Shown here piece after piece: positions 46,201 through 54,693 of a stretch of 64,000 nucleotides of DNA (position 1 is the stretch's first letter; each line of letters opens with the position of its first letter). The stretch spans positions 9,847-73,846 of the forward strand of contig JBDHIO010000013.1 in the NCBI GenBank assembly GCA_039587355.1, written 5' to 3'. This DNA comes from Gemmatimonadota bacterium. Its GTDB lineage: Bacteria > Gemmatimonadota > Gemmatimonadetes > Palauibacterales > Palauibacteraceae. The notes beneath the pieces were generated by a model. The model ran no database searches. It was not told the DNA's origin and saw nothing but the letters and a program-made list of their open reading frames with translations. The translations under genes and the position numbers were made by a program.

Positions 46201-46457
46201 GGCGAGTAGAGTGGCCGCGATTCCTCTTCCTCGTGTGCGATCAGGACTCGCGCATCGCCGCCGTCGGCCGGGACGGTCCAGATGTCGCCGCCGTGAACGA
46301 ACGCGATCTCGGATCCGTCGGGAGAGATGCCCGGCTCATAGAAGGATGAGCGTGCGTCCTGGGCCTCAGCGGAGGACCCGAGCCACGCGCCCGCGAACGT
46401 GACCAGGGTGATCGTCTTCAGTGTTCGAACCGCGGATCTGTAACCCGTCATACTCAT
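43233..46457 (-). CDS. Tricorn protease homolog (beta-propellers + PDZ + S41 peptidase domain)
   Basis: 1074 aa, signal peptide. N-terminal PGISPDGSEIAFVHGGDIWTVPADGG, repeated PD40 units, PDZ (GDRILSVAGVTIDG), C-terminal S41 region (VDVRNNNGG, ...TLSDGEDF). Confidence 0.9.
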   Translation of the reverse strand: MSMTGYRSAVRTLKTITLVTFAGAWLGSSAEAQDARSSFYEPGISPDGSEIAFVHGGDIWTVPADGGDARVLIAHEEEESRPLYSPDGRYLAFESYRDGTSHIYVHDLESGETRQLTFMSTSTLLDGWSADSEWVWFSSVSHDVSGMADVFRVRVTGGTPMPVLADRYADEFWAAPHQDGRVAIATRGRTAWSQWWRNGHSHMDEAEIWIADPRGATPTYSAVTTGGKNQWPMWAPDGDIVFVSDRSGSENLWRVSQTGGSPTQLTDFSDGRALWPSIASDGTVAFERDFRIWTHDLGSGQTTPVDIRPVGAVQGPRVESERITSFSGFTISPDGEKLVVVARGELFAGAAEEGEAGSLTTRVTNTPAPEGSVSWAHDSRHIVYTSARNGSADLYLYDFGNGTERALTTGDDLDAAPAWAPDDLRVAYIRNGAELRVLDVESGADAVVATGLIGFGSRSVFGSPVWSPDGRWIAYMASANGEFWNVHVVPADGSAEARPVSFLPNTFGGAIAWQPDGKSIFYTTNQRTEDTRVIRIDLVPRTPVFREDALSELFEVEEPSGDEQEDSSSENEEDEADDEDPVEIEFDEIRRRYQVMPIPFSVQEMTVTPDGEKLIVTGSAAGQQNIYSFNLDPLSTGPNGVRPVTSGPGFKGGIEFASAPGRVWYMQGGSVRSIGVDGNGGRTVSLAAELDVDFHAEKDDVFLANWSALNDGFYDPNHHGADWDGIRSAWAPVVAGTVNRQEMRRALLLMTGELNGSHLGVSGSESPSTTQVGRLGLRFDREAYEAAGELIVSEVIDLGPAHVSGEIAMGDRILSVAGVTIDGSTNLNRILRGTIGDRVEVVVSSGGATSTVALSPVSLGAEKNLVYRSWVESRREYVADASGGRLGYVHIPDMGGGTLQQLYLDLDQENRNRDGIVVDVRNNNGGFVNNYALDIFTRRSFMTMRPRGGVHASSRHQLGQRAYLNPVILVTNQNTLSDGEDFTEGWRAMEIGEVVGEPTAGWIIYTSGVSLFDGTVIRMPFIEVRGADGENMELNPRPVDIEVERPAGEWYTGRDAQLDTAVERLLARIDSGEG

Positions 46458-46552
46458 CGCTCGAGCCTTCGCAGTGTGGTCATGTGTGGAGACGGCCTCT
46501 TCACGGGCGAATCAAAGATGGTGGGGCTCGGGGGGCCGACCCGCCAGCGGGT

Positions 46553-47107
46553 TCAATCCTCGAGGACCAACCGCTCGTACCATCCTTCGACTAGCGCCCC
46601 ATGGACCTTCATCCAGGCCTCGTAGACCGAGACGATGTAGTCGCTCCGCCGGCAGGGCTTCGTCACGCCCCCGCCGGCGAAGAGATGTCGGATCGTGAGC
46701 GCACTCCCGAGCGCGGGCGGCTCCAGCTTCTCGAACACGTTGCGATCGCGCCCCGTGCGCAGGCGGACCCACTGCGCGTTGCCCACATCGACGCCTCGTG
46801 CGAGGACGCCGTGGAGCGTCATCAGGTGAATCGCGACCGACTGGATCGCCTGGGCCGACGCCTCCCCGTGGTGCTGCACCGCGTACGCGTCGAGGAAGAT
46901 CGGCTCGAGAGAGTGTCCCGGTACCGAACTCGGCAAGGCCGCGTCCGTCGGCACTGTCGATCCGCCGAGAATGGCCTCGTCCGGCGGTAGTCGAACATTG
47001 GTCGTCGTGAACAGCGCCCAGCACCCGGTCGAGGCGCCCATGTACCGGTGGGTAGGTCCAACGACCTCGGAGAAGCAGGCGCCACAACCGGGGCAGGGCT
47101 CGGTCAC
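46553..47107 (-). CDS. Hypothetical Cys-rich protein (possibly DUF5946-like, from memory)
   Basis: GTG at 47107 overlaps the upstream stop (GTGA). N-terminal CPGCGACF...HRY...STGCW. Confidence 0.5.
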   Translation of the reverse strand: MTEPCPGCGACFSEVVGPTHRYMGASTGCWALFTTTNVRLPPDEAILGGSTVPTDAALPSSVPGHSLEPIFLDAYAVQHHGEASAQAIQSVAIHLMTLHGVLARGVDVGNAQWVRLRTGRDRNVFEKLEPPALGSALTIRHLFAGGGVTKPCRRSDYIVSVYEAWMKVHGALVEGWYERLVLED

Positions 47108-47490
47108 GCGCGGCCCTTCATGCGGAATACGAGAGCCGGAGCAACCAGCACCCAGCCGAGGAAGAGCAGCCAGAGGCGGCCGGCGAAGAGGTGGTAATCG
47201 GCGAACAACCGGCTCCAGGAGTGCCCCGCCACGAAGTGCCCGAAGCCGAATTCGAACGCGACGGTGAGCGCGAGCCAGAGCATCCCCACCTGCCACGCGG
47301 ACCGCGCCGACTCGATCTTCAGGCGGCCGAGCACGCACCAGAGATAGGCGAAGTAGATCGCGCCGCCCGTCAACGTCGAGACCTGGTGCGCCTGCAGGTC
47401 CGGCATTCGAGGCCCGTACACGGACTCCCGGATGACGCCGTTCAGGATCATCAGAAAGACCAGCGGGACCCAGGCCAGCGTCCAGCGCAT
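47104..47490 (-). CDS. Hypothetical 4-TM membrane protein
   Basis: ATG at 47490, 128 aa. MRWTLAWVPLVFLMILNGVIRE... The rest of ORF 47104..48027 is rejected (antisense-type composition). Confidence 0.5.
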   Translation of the reverse strand: MRWTLAWVPLVFLMILNGVIRESVYGPRMPDLQAHQVSTLTGGAIYFAYLWCVLGRLKIESARSAWQVGMLWLALTVAFEFGFGHFVAGHSWSRLFADYHLFAGRLWLLFLGWVLVAPALVFRMKGRA

Positions 47491-47495
47491 GGGCT

Positions 47496-48272
47496 TCAGC
47501 CCGCAGGCATGGTACGGGTGAGAACGCTCAGCGTCACCGCGAAGTTGGCGCTCCCGTGAAGCAGCCACGGCCCTACGATGGACCCGGACGCGATCCTCAG
47601 CCATCCCGTGTACAGGGCCCCGCCGAAGATCAGGATCAGGAGCGGCCAGTGCTCCGGCATGATCGCGAGGAGGAGCAGGTGTGGCGCGAGGAAGATCGCC
47701 GCCTGGATCACGTTGGCCCAGAGCAGCGACATGCGCCGGCCGAGACTGCCCGCGATCATGCCGCGAAACAGAAACTCCTCGGCGAAGCCAGTCTGGACGA
47801 ACGCATATAGGGCTGCGGTCCCGAGTGCGTCGAGGCCGAGTCCCGCGCCGGCGAAGCGAGCCTGTGCCGAACCCTCCCGGGTGATCGCCTCGAGGTCCGG
47901 TGGCAGGAGCACGACCCCGGCCGCGATGACGGCGACTCCCGCCAACGCGTACTTCAGGTGTCCGGGCTCGCCCCGCTGCAGCCCGGAGCGTTGCAGTACG
48001 CCGGCCAGCGTTCGGCCATGCCGCCACCGGTGGTACCCGTAGTACACCAGCAGCGGAAGCCCGACGAGGATGACGAGGTTGGCCAGGGTATCGACGGCGC
48101 GCTGGGTAAGCATGAGATCAATCTGATGAAGGGGCAGAAACCACGCGACCGCCACAACCGCGCAGGGCGGTGCCATCGGATGCCCCTCCGCGGTCGACGC
48201 GTTTCCCGGCGCTGGAGTATTCACTAGGCTCCCACCGGCCCCAGGGAGGTGATACATGGATTGGAACGCCAT
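47496..48272 (-). CDS. CPBP-family intramembrane glutamic protease (CAAX protease/Abi-like)
   Basis: FAEEFLFRG (EExxxR), second motif FLAPH, third LLHGSANF. Start uncertain: Met33 at about 48176 avoids overlap with the divergent gene. Confidence 0.8.
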   Translation of the reverse strand: MAFQSMYHLPGAGGSLVNTPAPGNASTAEGHPMAPPCAVVAVAWFLPLHQIDLMLTQRAVDTLANLVILVGLPLLVYYGYHRWRHGRTLAGVLQRSGLQRGEPGHLKYALAGVAVIAAGVVLLPPDLEAITREGSAQARFAGAGLGLDALGTAALYAFVQTGFAEEFLFRGMIAGSLGRRMSLLWANVIQAAIFLAPHLLLLAIMPEHWPLLILIFGGALYTGWLRIASGSIVGPWLLHGSANFAVTLSVLTRTMPAG

Positions 48273-48762
48273 CGGCGCGGTCGGGGAGATCCTCGGCGCG
48301 ATCGCCGTCGTTGCAACGCTCTTCTACCTGACCAAGCAGATCCACCAGAGCACCAAAGTGGCGCGAGCCAACCTGTCAAAGGACCTCTTTCTCACCTCCA
48401 GGGAAGCCATCTGGGATCTGGCCGCGAATCCCGAGCTGACCGAGATCTTCGCTGAAATCAGGGGTTACGAGGACCTCGACGAGACGCGACGCACGATGTT
48501 CTTCCAGTCGTTCTTCCGGCTCTACGAGGTCGTGTTCACGCTCCACCGCGAAGGGCTCGTCGATGACGGGATCTACGAATCGTACCTGACGATGATCCGG
48601 GTATTCGCCGCCTCGAAGCACTTCGACGCGTACTGGAGCGTGACGCGCCGGCAGTTCCACTCGGAGTTCCGCGCGTACGTCGACGAGCAGCGGGCGATGA
48701 TCGGTTCCGAGCCGATCGAGACGGGCGGCGTCCCGGAGTCACTTCCCGCGGAAGGTGACTGA
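48256..48762 (+). CDS. Hypothetical N-terminally anchored protein, paralog family A (copy 3 of 3)
   Basis: 168 aa. MDWNAIGAVGEILGAIAVVATLFYLTKQIHQS; C-terminal HFDAYW...R.QFHSEF. Confidence 0.65.
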   Translation: MDWNAIGAVGEILGAIAVVATLFYLTKQIHQSTKVARANLSKDLFLTSREAIWDLAANPELTEIFAEIRGYEDLDETRRTMFFQSFFRLYEVVFTLHREGLVDDGIYESYLTMIRVFAASKHFDAYWSVTRRQFHSEFRAYVDEQRAMIGSEPIETGGVPESLPAEGD

Positions 48763-48855
48763 CATGCCGATGTCGCGCGCAACGAGTACGCCCTAACTCC
48801 CGTATCGGTATCCAGACAGCGCTCGAAGCTCCTCACACACACGGAAGCCTCCGCC

Positions 48856-50715
48856 ATGAAACGCTCCACCGCTCCCTCGCTGCTGTTCGGACTGGTTGCA
48901 CTCGTCGCCGCCTCCGGGTGCGGTCCGGGTGAGTCCGCGGCTCCCGACTCCGCGGCGATCCAGGCCGAGACCGATCGGATCAACGAGTGGTTCGAGGCGA
49001 AGTTCGAGGAGCAGCTCGCGTTCAGTCCGCTGCGGCAGACCTATCTCGGCCGCGCGACGGACCAGATCGACGACTTCTCGATCGAGGCGTTCGACGAGCA
49101 GCTCGATTGGCAGCGGGCCAGCGTCGCCGAAATGAAGGAGAGCTTCGACTACGACCTGCTGACCGAGGAAGCCCGGACGTCGTTCGACGTATGGGAATAC
49201 CAGTTGCAGCAGGCCGAGGCGGCGCTTCCGTATCGGTTCCACGGGTACGTGTTCGATCAGTTCTCGGCGGTCCACGCGATGTTCCCGTCGATGCTGATCA
49301 CGTTCCACACGGTGGATGGGTCGGAGGCGATGGAGGCCTACATCACGCGGATCGGCGAGTCCGGACGTGCGATCCGACAGTTGACCGAGCTGTCCCAGAT
49401 GGCGGCCGAACGCGGCATTCGCCCACCGAGCTTCTCGTATCCGTTCGTGATCGAGGAGGCCGGCAAGATCATCAGCGGGGCACCTCTCGATGACAGTTCC
49501 GCGGACAATCCGGTGTGGGCCGACGTGAAGATGGAGATCCAGGGGCTCCTGGAGCGCGGCGAGATCGATGAGGCCGGCGCCGCCGACTTCACCGAAGCGG
49601 CGCGGGCGGCGCTGACGGGCCCGTTCCGTGAGGCGTACGAGGAGCTGATCGCGTGGCAGCAGGCCGACCGGTCGAACGTGCCGGACGAGGCCCGGGGCGT
49701 GGGCGCCCTGCCGGACGGGGCGAGCTACTACAACGAGCGTCTCGCGAACTGGACCACCACGGAACTGACGGCTGAGCAGATCCACGAGACCGGGCTCGCC
49801 GAAGTGGCCCGCCTCCGGGATGAGATGACCGCGATCAAGGACCAGGTCGGATTCGAGGGCGACCTGAGGGAGTTCATCACCGCGTTGCGGGAGGACACGG
49901 ACAACCCGCGCCATTACTACCCCGACACTGATGAGGGTCGCCAGGCGTACATCGACGACGCCAAGGCCGCGATCGACCGGATCGAAGGGGAGCTCTCGAA
50001 CTTCTTCGGGATCCTCCCGAAGGCGGGTCTCGAGGTCCGCCGGGTGGAGGCGTTCAGGGAGCAGCCCGGCGCGGCGCAGCACTACATGCCCGGAACCCCG
50101 GACGGCTCGCGGCCCGGCATTTACTACGCGCACCTCTCCGACATGAAGGCGATGCCGAAGCGAGACCTCGAGGTGATCGCCTATCACGAGGGGCTTCCCG
50201 GTCACCACATGCAGATTTCGATCGCACAGGAGCTCACCGAGGTGCCGACGTTCCGGACGCAGGCCGGGTTCGGGGCGTACATCGAGGGCTGGGGACTCTA
50301 CACGGAGTGGCTCGCCACCGAAGTGCCCGGCACTTACGAGGATCCCTATTCGGAGTTCGGCCGGCTCGGAAGCGAGATCTGGCGCGCGGTCCGGCTCGTG
50401 GTCGACACGGGCGTGCACTCGAAGGGATGGACGGAGGAGCAGGCCGTCGAGTACATGCTCGCCAACACGTCCGCGACCGAGACGTCGGCTCGCTCAGAGA
50501 TCCGTCGCTACCTGGTCGCCCCCGGACAGGCCACGAGCTACAAGGTCGGGATGCTCAGGATCCAGGAGCTTCGCCGGAAGGCCGAGGAGGCGCTCGGCGA
50601 TCGGTTCGACATTCGGGCATTCCACGACACCGTGCTGGGCGGAGGCGCGCTGCCGCTCGCGATTCTCGAGCGGAAGGTCGACCGCTGGATCGAGTCGGTG
50701 AACGAGTCCACGTGA
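48856..50715 (+). CDS. DUF885-family lipoprotein (putative metallopeptidase-like)
   Basis: 619 aa. Lipobox LVAASGC; signature HEGLPGHHMQ; E.(R/Y)Y...PGQA.SY. Confidence 0.85.
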   Translation: MKRSTAPSLLFGLVALVAASGCGPGESAAPDSAAIQAETDRINEWFEAKFEEQLAFSPLRQTYLGRATDQIDDFSIEAFDEQLDWQRASVAEMKESFDYDLLTEEARTSFDVWEYQLQQAEAALPYRFHGYVFDQFSAVHAMFPSMLITFHTVDGSEAMEAYITRIGESGRAIRQLTELSQMAAERGIRPPSFSYPFVIEEAGKIISGAPLDDSSADNPVWADVKMEIQGLLERGEIDEAGAADFTEAARAALTGPFREAYEELIAWQQADRSNVPDEARGVGALPDGASYYNERLANWTTTELTAEQIHETGLAEVARLRDEMTAIKDQVGFEGDLREFITALREDTDNPRHYYPDTDEGRQAYIDDAKAAIDRIEGELSNFFGILPKAGLEVRRVEAFREQPGAAQHYMPGTPDGSRPGIYYAHLSDMKAMPKRDLEVIAYHEGLPGHHMQISIAQELTEVPTFRTQAGFGAYIEGWGLYTEWLATEVPGTYEDPYSEFGRLGSEIWRAVRLVVDTGVHSKGWTEEQAVEYMLANTSATETSARSEIRRYLVAPGQATSYKVGMLRIQELRRKAEEALGDRFDIRAFHDTVLGGGALPLAILERKVDRWIESVNEST

Positions 50716-50854
50716 CCCGATCCGGCTCTCCCGGCTGAGTCAGGGCGCGTCCGGGAGGGCCTTCGAAAGGACGCGGCGCAGGGTTGTTACGTTCCGCATC
50801 GTCATGGGGGTGGTTCGGGTCGCACGCTCGAGCGTTGCGCCGAAGGCTCCGTCT

Positions 50855-51850
50855 TCAGAGGCCTCCCCCGTTCATTCTGGCGATCTCCTGATCGAGGATC
50901 TCGAGAAGGCCCTCGCGGTCATAGGTGTACGTCTGATCCTGATTCAGCTCGAGCATCCGCCGCAGGAGAGCGCGCATCGTAGCATCCGCCCGTCCGGGGT
51001 CGCCCACGATCATGTAGCGCCGTTGAGGGTCGTCATCGAACAGCGCGTGCTCCACCACCGCGACGACCATCTCCGGGCCGGGCACTCCCGTGATCTCGCC
51101 ACCCCCGGCCGCCCAGTTCCGCTCCCACTCTTCCCGGTAGAGCGAGTTCTCGGTGTCCAGGCCCTGAGCCTCGAGCCGTTCGAAGATGTTCCGGCCGATG
51201 TCCGACCTGAATCCGCCGGGGTCGATGATGCTCACGCTCACATCGAACTTCGCGAGCTCCACGGCTAGAGCGTCCGTGTAGGCCTCCAGAGCGTGTTTGC
51301 TCATGCTGTAGGGGCCGTAGAAGGTCCGCGTCTGGACCCCCGCGATCGACCCGATGTTCACGACCCGGCCCTTCGACTCGATCAGAAGCGGCGCGAACGC
51401 CTTCGTGATCCGGTAGGGACCGTAGACGTTCACGTCGAGGATGAACTCGAGGTCCTCCTCTTCGAGTTCGATCAACGGGGCCATCAGGCCAACTCCGGCG
51501 TTGTTCACCACCGCGTACAGACCGCGTCCGCCGTCGATCACTGTCTGGACCGCCGCATCGATCTCGCTCTGGATCGTGACGTCGAGGCGAACCGCCTGGA
51601 TGTTCTCGATCGCGTCGAGCGCTTCCAGGTCCTCGGCCTTCCGCGCGCCGGCGTACACGAAGTAGCCCTGTGAAGCGAGCGTCTCCGCCGTTGCCCGGCC
51701 GAGGCCGCTGCTGGCCCCCGTGACGAGGACGGCCTGTCCGGATGCCTGTGCGGCGGCCGGCAGACTGCCATGCGAGAGGAACGCGATGAGCCCGACGATC
51801 ATGGCCCGCAGGTAGAGGCGAGCGCTGCGGGGGAGGGCGAGAGTTCTCAT
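50855..51850 (-). CDS. Short-chain dehydrogenase/reductase with signal peptide
   Basis: 331 aa. VLVTGASSGLGRATA, NNAG, S...YSMSKHA (Y-x3-K). Confidence 0.85.
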   Translation of the reverse strand: MRTLALPRSARLYLRAMIVGLIAFLSHGSLPAAAQASGQAVLVTGASSGLGRATAETLASQGYFVYAGARKAEDLEALDAIENIQAVRLDVTIQSEIDAAVQTVIDGGRGLYAVVNNAGVGLMAPLIELEEEDLEFILDVNVYGPYRITKAFAPLLIESKGRVVNIGSIAGVQTRTFYGPYSMSKHALEAYTDALAVELAKFDVSVSIIDPGGFRSDIGRNIFERLEAQGLDTENSLYREEWERNWAAGGGEITGVPGPEMVVAVVEHALFDDDPQRRYMIVGDPGRADATMRALLRRMLELNQDQTYTYDREGLLEILDQEIARMNGGGL

Positions 51851-52473
51851 GAATCCTCTTCCGTGTCTGGTCGGGCCCGGGGTTCCTCCGTCGAGGTTGG
51901 CAAATCGAAGTGGGCCACGATCTGGTCCGCGACCTCGTGCGGCTCCAGGTGAGTGTTGTCGATTTTCAGATGTGCCTCGAACGGGAAGTCGCCGCTCGAG
52001 TTCAACTGGTACTTCTCCTCCGCGGCCAACAGCCGCTTCCGCGACGCGTCCACATCGCGCTTCGAGGGTTTCGCGTCCAGGCGAAGAGTCGTGTCGTTGC
52101 GGGCGATCCTGGTCGCGAGGTGTGCCTCCAGTTCAACGAAGACGGTCTGCCCGCCTCGAGCGTCGAAGATCTCCTTGACCTCCTCGATGGACTCGAGCTC
52201 GCTCGGCAGGTCGAAGGCCCACATGACGGTGAAGATCACGCCGGGCAGGTCGCTCGCTGCCACCTCACGAAACATCTGATGCCGGAAGTCTCCCACGAGA
52301 CGATCGAAGGCCGGAGTTCCGAAATCGAAGACGGGGAGAACCGCCTCGATTGACAGATGATTGTGGAACAGTCGCAGCCCGGTCCTGGCACTCAACTCGA
52401 GGCCGACCGTCATCTTCCCGACCGCAGGCGGCCCGCAGATGATCACCAGCATGGGGGCGCGTTCCATGGTCAT
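51847..52473 (-). CDS. P-loop NTPase / small-molecule kinase-like protein
   Basis: 208 aa. Walker A ICGPPAVGKMTVG. Stop overlaps the SDR start. Confidence 0.65.
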   Translation of the reverse strand: MTMERAPMLVIICGPPAVGKMTVGLELSARTGLRLFHNHLSIEAVLPVFDFGTPAFDRLVGDFRHQMFREVAASDLPGVIFTVMWAFDLPSELESIEEVKEIFDARGGQTVFVELEAHLATRIARNDTTLRLDAKPSKRDVDASRKRLLAAEEKYQLNSSGDFPFEAHLKIDNTHLEPHEVADQIVAHFDLPTSTEEPRARPDTEEDS

Positions 52474-52498
52474 CTCGCCTCGCTCATCGATCGCCGGC

Positions 52499-53074
52499 TC
52501 ACACCAGATCCACGGCGCCCGGACGGGACGAAACGAACAGCACCGCGAACACGATGAGTCCGAGCGCCAGCACCGTAGCGGCCCGCTGTAGAGGGCGATG
52601 CCGAACGCCGTACGTGACCCCGGAGCAAACCGCCAGCGCGAGGTTGACCCCGGTGGGCCCGCTAAACGGCACTACGCCCGCATACAGGTTGAGCCCGAAC
52701 GCGACGAGACAGAACGCGCCGTACGCGGCCACCGCCCGGCGTCCGAAGCGATCGAAGTCGTCGAGCAGGTCCGCCGGGAGGCCGCGACGCTCCGAGGGGA
52801 GGATGAGTCCGCCCGCGAGAAACAGAAGGCACGCCGCGAGGATCACCATCCAGAAGTAGGCGCCGGTCAGCGGCCGGACCTGTTGCAGAAACATCACCCC
52901 GAACCAGAACTGGACCTGATCGATGAAGATCCCGAGGGTCCACGCCAGCGGCATCCAGTCGAGACGGATCGGCTCCCCCGAGCGCGCCAGCGCCACGATG
53001 CTCGTGAGGATGCCGGTGACGCCGAAACCGACGATGAACGACAGAATGATCGTGGTAAGCTCGAACTCGGACAT
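52499..53074 (-). CDS. Hypothetical polytopic membrane protein, paralog family B (copy 2 of 3)
   Basis: 191 aa. MSEFELTTIILSFIVGFGVTGIL, EPIRLDWMPLAW. Confidence 0.6.
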   Translation of the reverse strand: MSEFELTTIILSFIVGFGVTGILTSIVALARSGEPIRLDWMPLAWTLGIFIDQVQFWFGVMFLQQVRPLTGAYFWMVILAACLLFLAGGLILPSERRGLPADLLDDFDRFGRRAVAAYGAFCLVAFGLNLYAGVVPFSGPTGVNLALAVCSGVTYGVRHRPLQRAATVLALGLIVFAVLFVSSRPGAVDLV

Positions 53075-53270
53075 GCGGGCCCCGTTCTAGCGCTCGGCCA
53101 GGATTCGGTCGAGTGACTCCGATGGCGATCAATGTGCTCCGGCTACGCGGGACACGCGACCTCGGGTCGTATCCCTGATCGGCGCTGCGCGCGGCCGGCC
53201 TCCGGGTCTACCTTGAGTTCCGTCGTCGCCGCCATCCGCGTTTGCCCGCCGTTTCCTCGAGAGACCTGTC

Positions 53271-53966
53271 ATGCAACTCCTCCACACCGCGCCCATCCCC
53301 GGCGAAGCCGTCGAGCTTGGCCTCTACAAGGGAGGTGAGGATTACTACATCAAGTTCGTCGGCGGACCGGAACTGATGGGGACGCGGGCGCATGCTTCCG
53401 AGGACGCCCTCGGCTCGATCGCATGCCGGACTCTCCGCGGGAAGCCCGGCGTGCGCGTCCTCATTGGTGGGCTCGGGATGGGGTTCACGCTGGCGGCGAG
53501 CCTCAAGAAGCTGGACGACGACGCGGAGGTGATCGTCGCCGAGCTCGTGCCCGAGGTCGTGGAATGGAACCGCGGTGTTCTGGGCGAGTTCGCCGGCCGG
53601 CCGATGGACGACCCTCGCACCCGGGTCGAGACGGTCGATGTTTCGAAGCTCATCAGGAAAGACCGGCTGGGGTTCAACGCGATCATGCTCGACGTCGACA
53701 ACGGGCCGGACGGGCTGACGCGAGATGCGAACGGGTGGCTCTATTCGAACGCGGGCCTGGCGAGGATGCTGAAGGCGCTCCGACCGGGTGGGGCGCTGGC
53801 GATCTGGTCCGAGGGGCCCGACCGCGCGTTCACGAAGCGGCTGCGAGCGGCCGGGTTCGACGTGGAGCAGATCACCGTTCGAGCGCACGCGGGGAAGGGG
53901 ACGCGCCACGTGATCTGGATGGCGCGTGTCCCGCCCGGACGGGGTCGGTCCGGATCGAGGTCTTAG
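53271..53966 (+). CDS. Spermidine-synthase-like class I SAM-dependent methyltransferase-fold protein
   Basis: 231 aa. VLIGGLGMGFTL (motif I), VAELVPEVV, IMLDVDNGP. Confidence 0.7.
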   Translation: MQLLHTAPIPGEAVELGLYKGGEDYYIKFVGGPELMGTRAHASEDALGSIACRTLRGKPGVRVLIGGLGMGFTLAASLKKLDDDAEVIVAELVPEVVEWNRGVLGEFAGRPMDDPRTRVETVDVSKLIRKDRLGFNAIMLDVDNGPDGLTRDANGWLYSNAGLARMLKALRPGGALAIWSEGPDRAFTKRLRAAGFDVEQITVRAHAGKGTRHVIWMARVPPGRGRSGSRS

Positions 53967-54025
53967 GCCTTCACCGGGCCAGACCCGAGCGAATCGCGAA
54001 TCGCTTGTCGCCGAGTTCGCGGTAC

Positions 54026-54045
54026 AGTAGCAGCAATATGCTACT
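54026..54045. promoter_or_regulatory. Inverted repeat AGTAGCA-N6-TGCTACT upstream of or overlapping the AbrB-type antitoxin 5' end
   Basis: 7-bp arms, 6-nt spacer. Preceded by the tandem GCGAATC GCGAATC at about 53990-54003. Confidence 0.4.
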
Positions 54046-54061
54046 TGAGGAGGCGTTGAGA

Positions 54062-54289
54062 ATGGTCAGGAATGTTCGACTGCGACGAATGGGCGGTTCC
54101 GTCGGTGCCACGCTGCCGAAGGATCTGGCCGATCGATTCCACATGGAGGCGGGAGACGAGGTGATGGCGGTCGAGACGGCGCACGGCATCTTGCTGACCC
54201 CCTACGATGCGAGCGTGGAAGAAGCGCTAGCAATCGCCGCTCAGGTCCAGAAGGAGTACCGCGAGGCGCTTAGAGAACTCGCGAAGTGA
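54062..54289 (+). CDS. AbrB/MazE/SpoVT-fold antitoxin (Phd-role partner of Doc)
   Basis: ATG at 54062 after GAGGAGG (alternative ATG 54038). VRLRRMGGSVGATLPKDLADRFHMEAGDEV swapped-hairpin motif. Confidence 0.75.
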   Translation: MVRNVRLRRMGGSVGATLPKDLADRFHMEAGDEVMAVETAHGILLTPYDASVEEALAIAAQVQKEYREALRELAK

Positions 54290-54684
54290 CGTCGCGGGAG
54301 CCCCGCTGGCTGCCCCGCCTCGTGGTCGAGGCGATCCACGTGGATCAGATACGGGAGCACGGAGGCCTGATCGGGCTACGGGACGAGAACGCTCCGGAGT
54401 CGGCACTGGCGCGACCACGCCAGAAGTGGACCTACGAGCCGCAATCGGACCTCCCGGCGCTGGCAGCGGCGTACGCATACGGACTCAGCTCGAATCACCC
54501 GTTTCGTGACGGAAACAAGAGGCTGAACTTCGTCGCCGCGGTGGTCTTTCTCCGACTCAACGGCGTCAGCTTCGACGCACCGCAGGACGAGGTAGTCGAG
54601 AAGAGCATGGCTCTGGCAGCCGGAGAGCTGAGTGAGCTCGACCTTGCAGACTGGATTCGGAGCCGGAGTCGACCGTCTGGCTAG
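54286..54684 (+). CDS. doc: Fic/Doc-family death-on-curing toxin
   Basis: GTG start overlapping the antitoxin stop, 132 aa. Signature HPFRDGNKR. Confidence 0.85.
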   Translation: MTSREPRWLPRLVVEAIHVDQIREHGGLIGLRDENAPESALARPRQKWTYEPQSDLPALAAAYAYGLSSNHPFRDGNKRLNFVAAVVFLRLNGVSFDAPQDEVVEKSMALAAGELSELDLADWIRSRSRPSG

Positions 54685-54693
54685 AGGGCCCGG

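Noticed and set aside
44052-46349. Several 290-360-aa ORFs on both strands inside the tricorn protease gene.
   Set aside because: They are nested within or antisense to a 1074-aa ORF with a coherent multi-domain tricorn architecture.
43233-46457. Acidic insertion (EEPSGDEQEDSSSENEEDEADDEDPVE) in the tricorn homolog as a possible novel feature.
   Set aside because: Inter-domain acidic linkers are common, and I cannot judge its novelty without an alignment. Not promoted to a finding.
48793-50418. 541-aa minus-strand ORF opposite the DUF885-type gene.
   Set aside because: The plus-strand product has a lipobox and the HEGLPGHHMQ signature. The antisense product has none.
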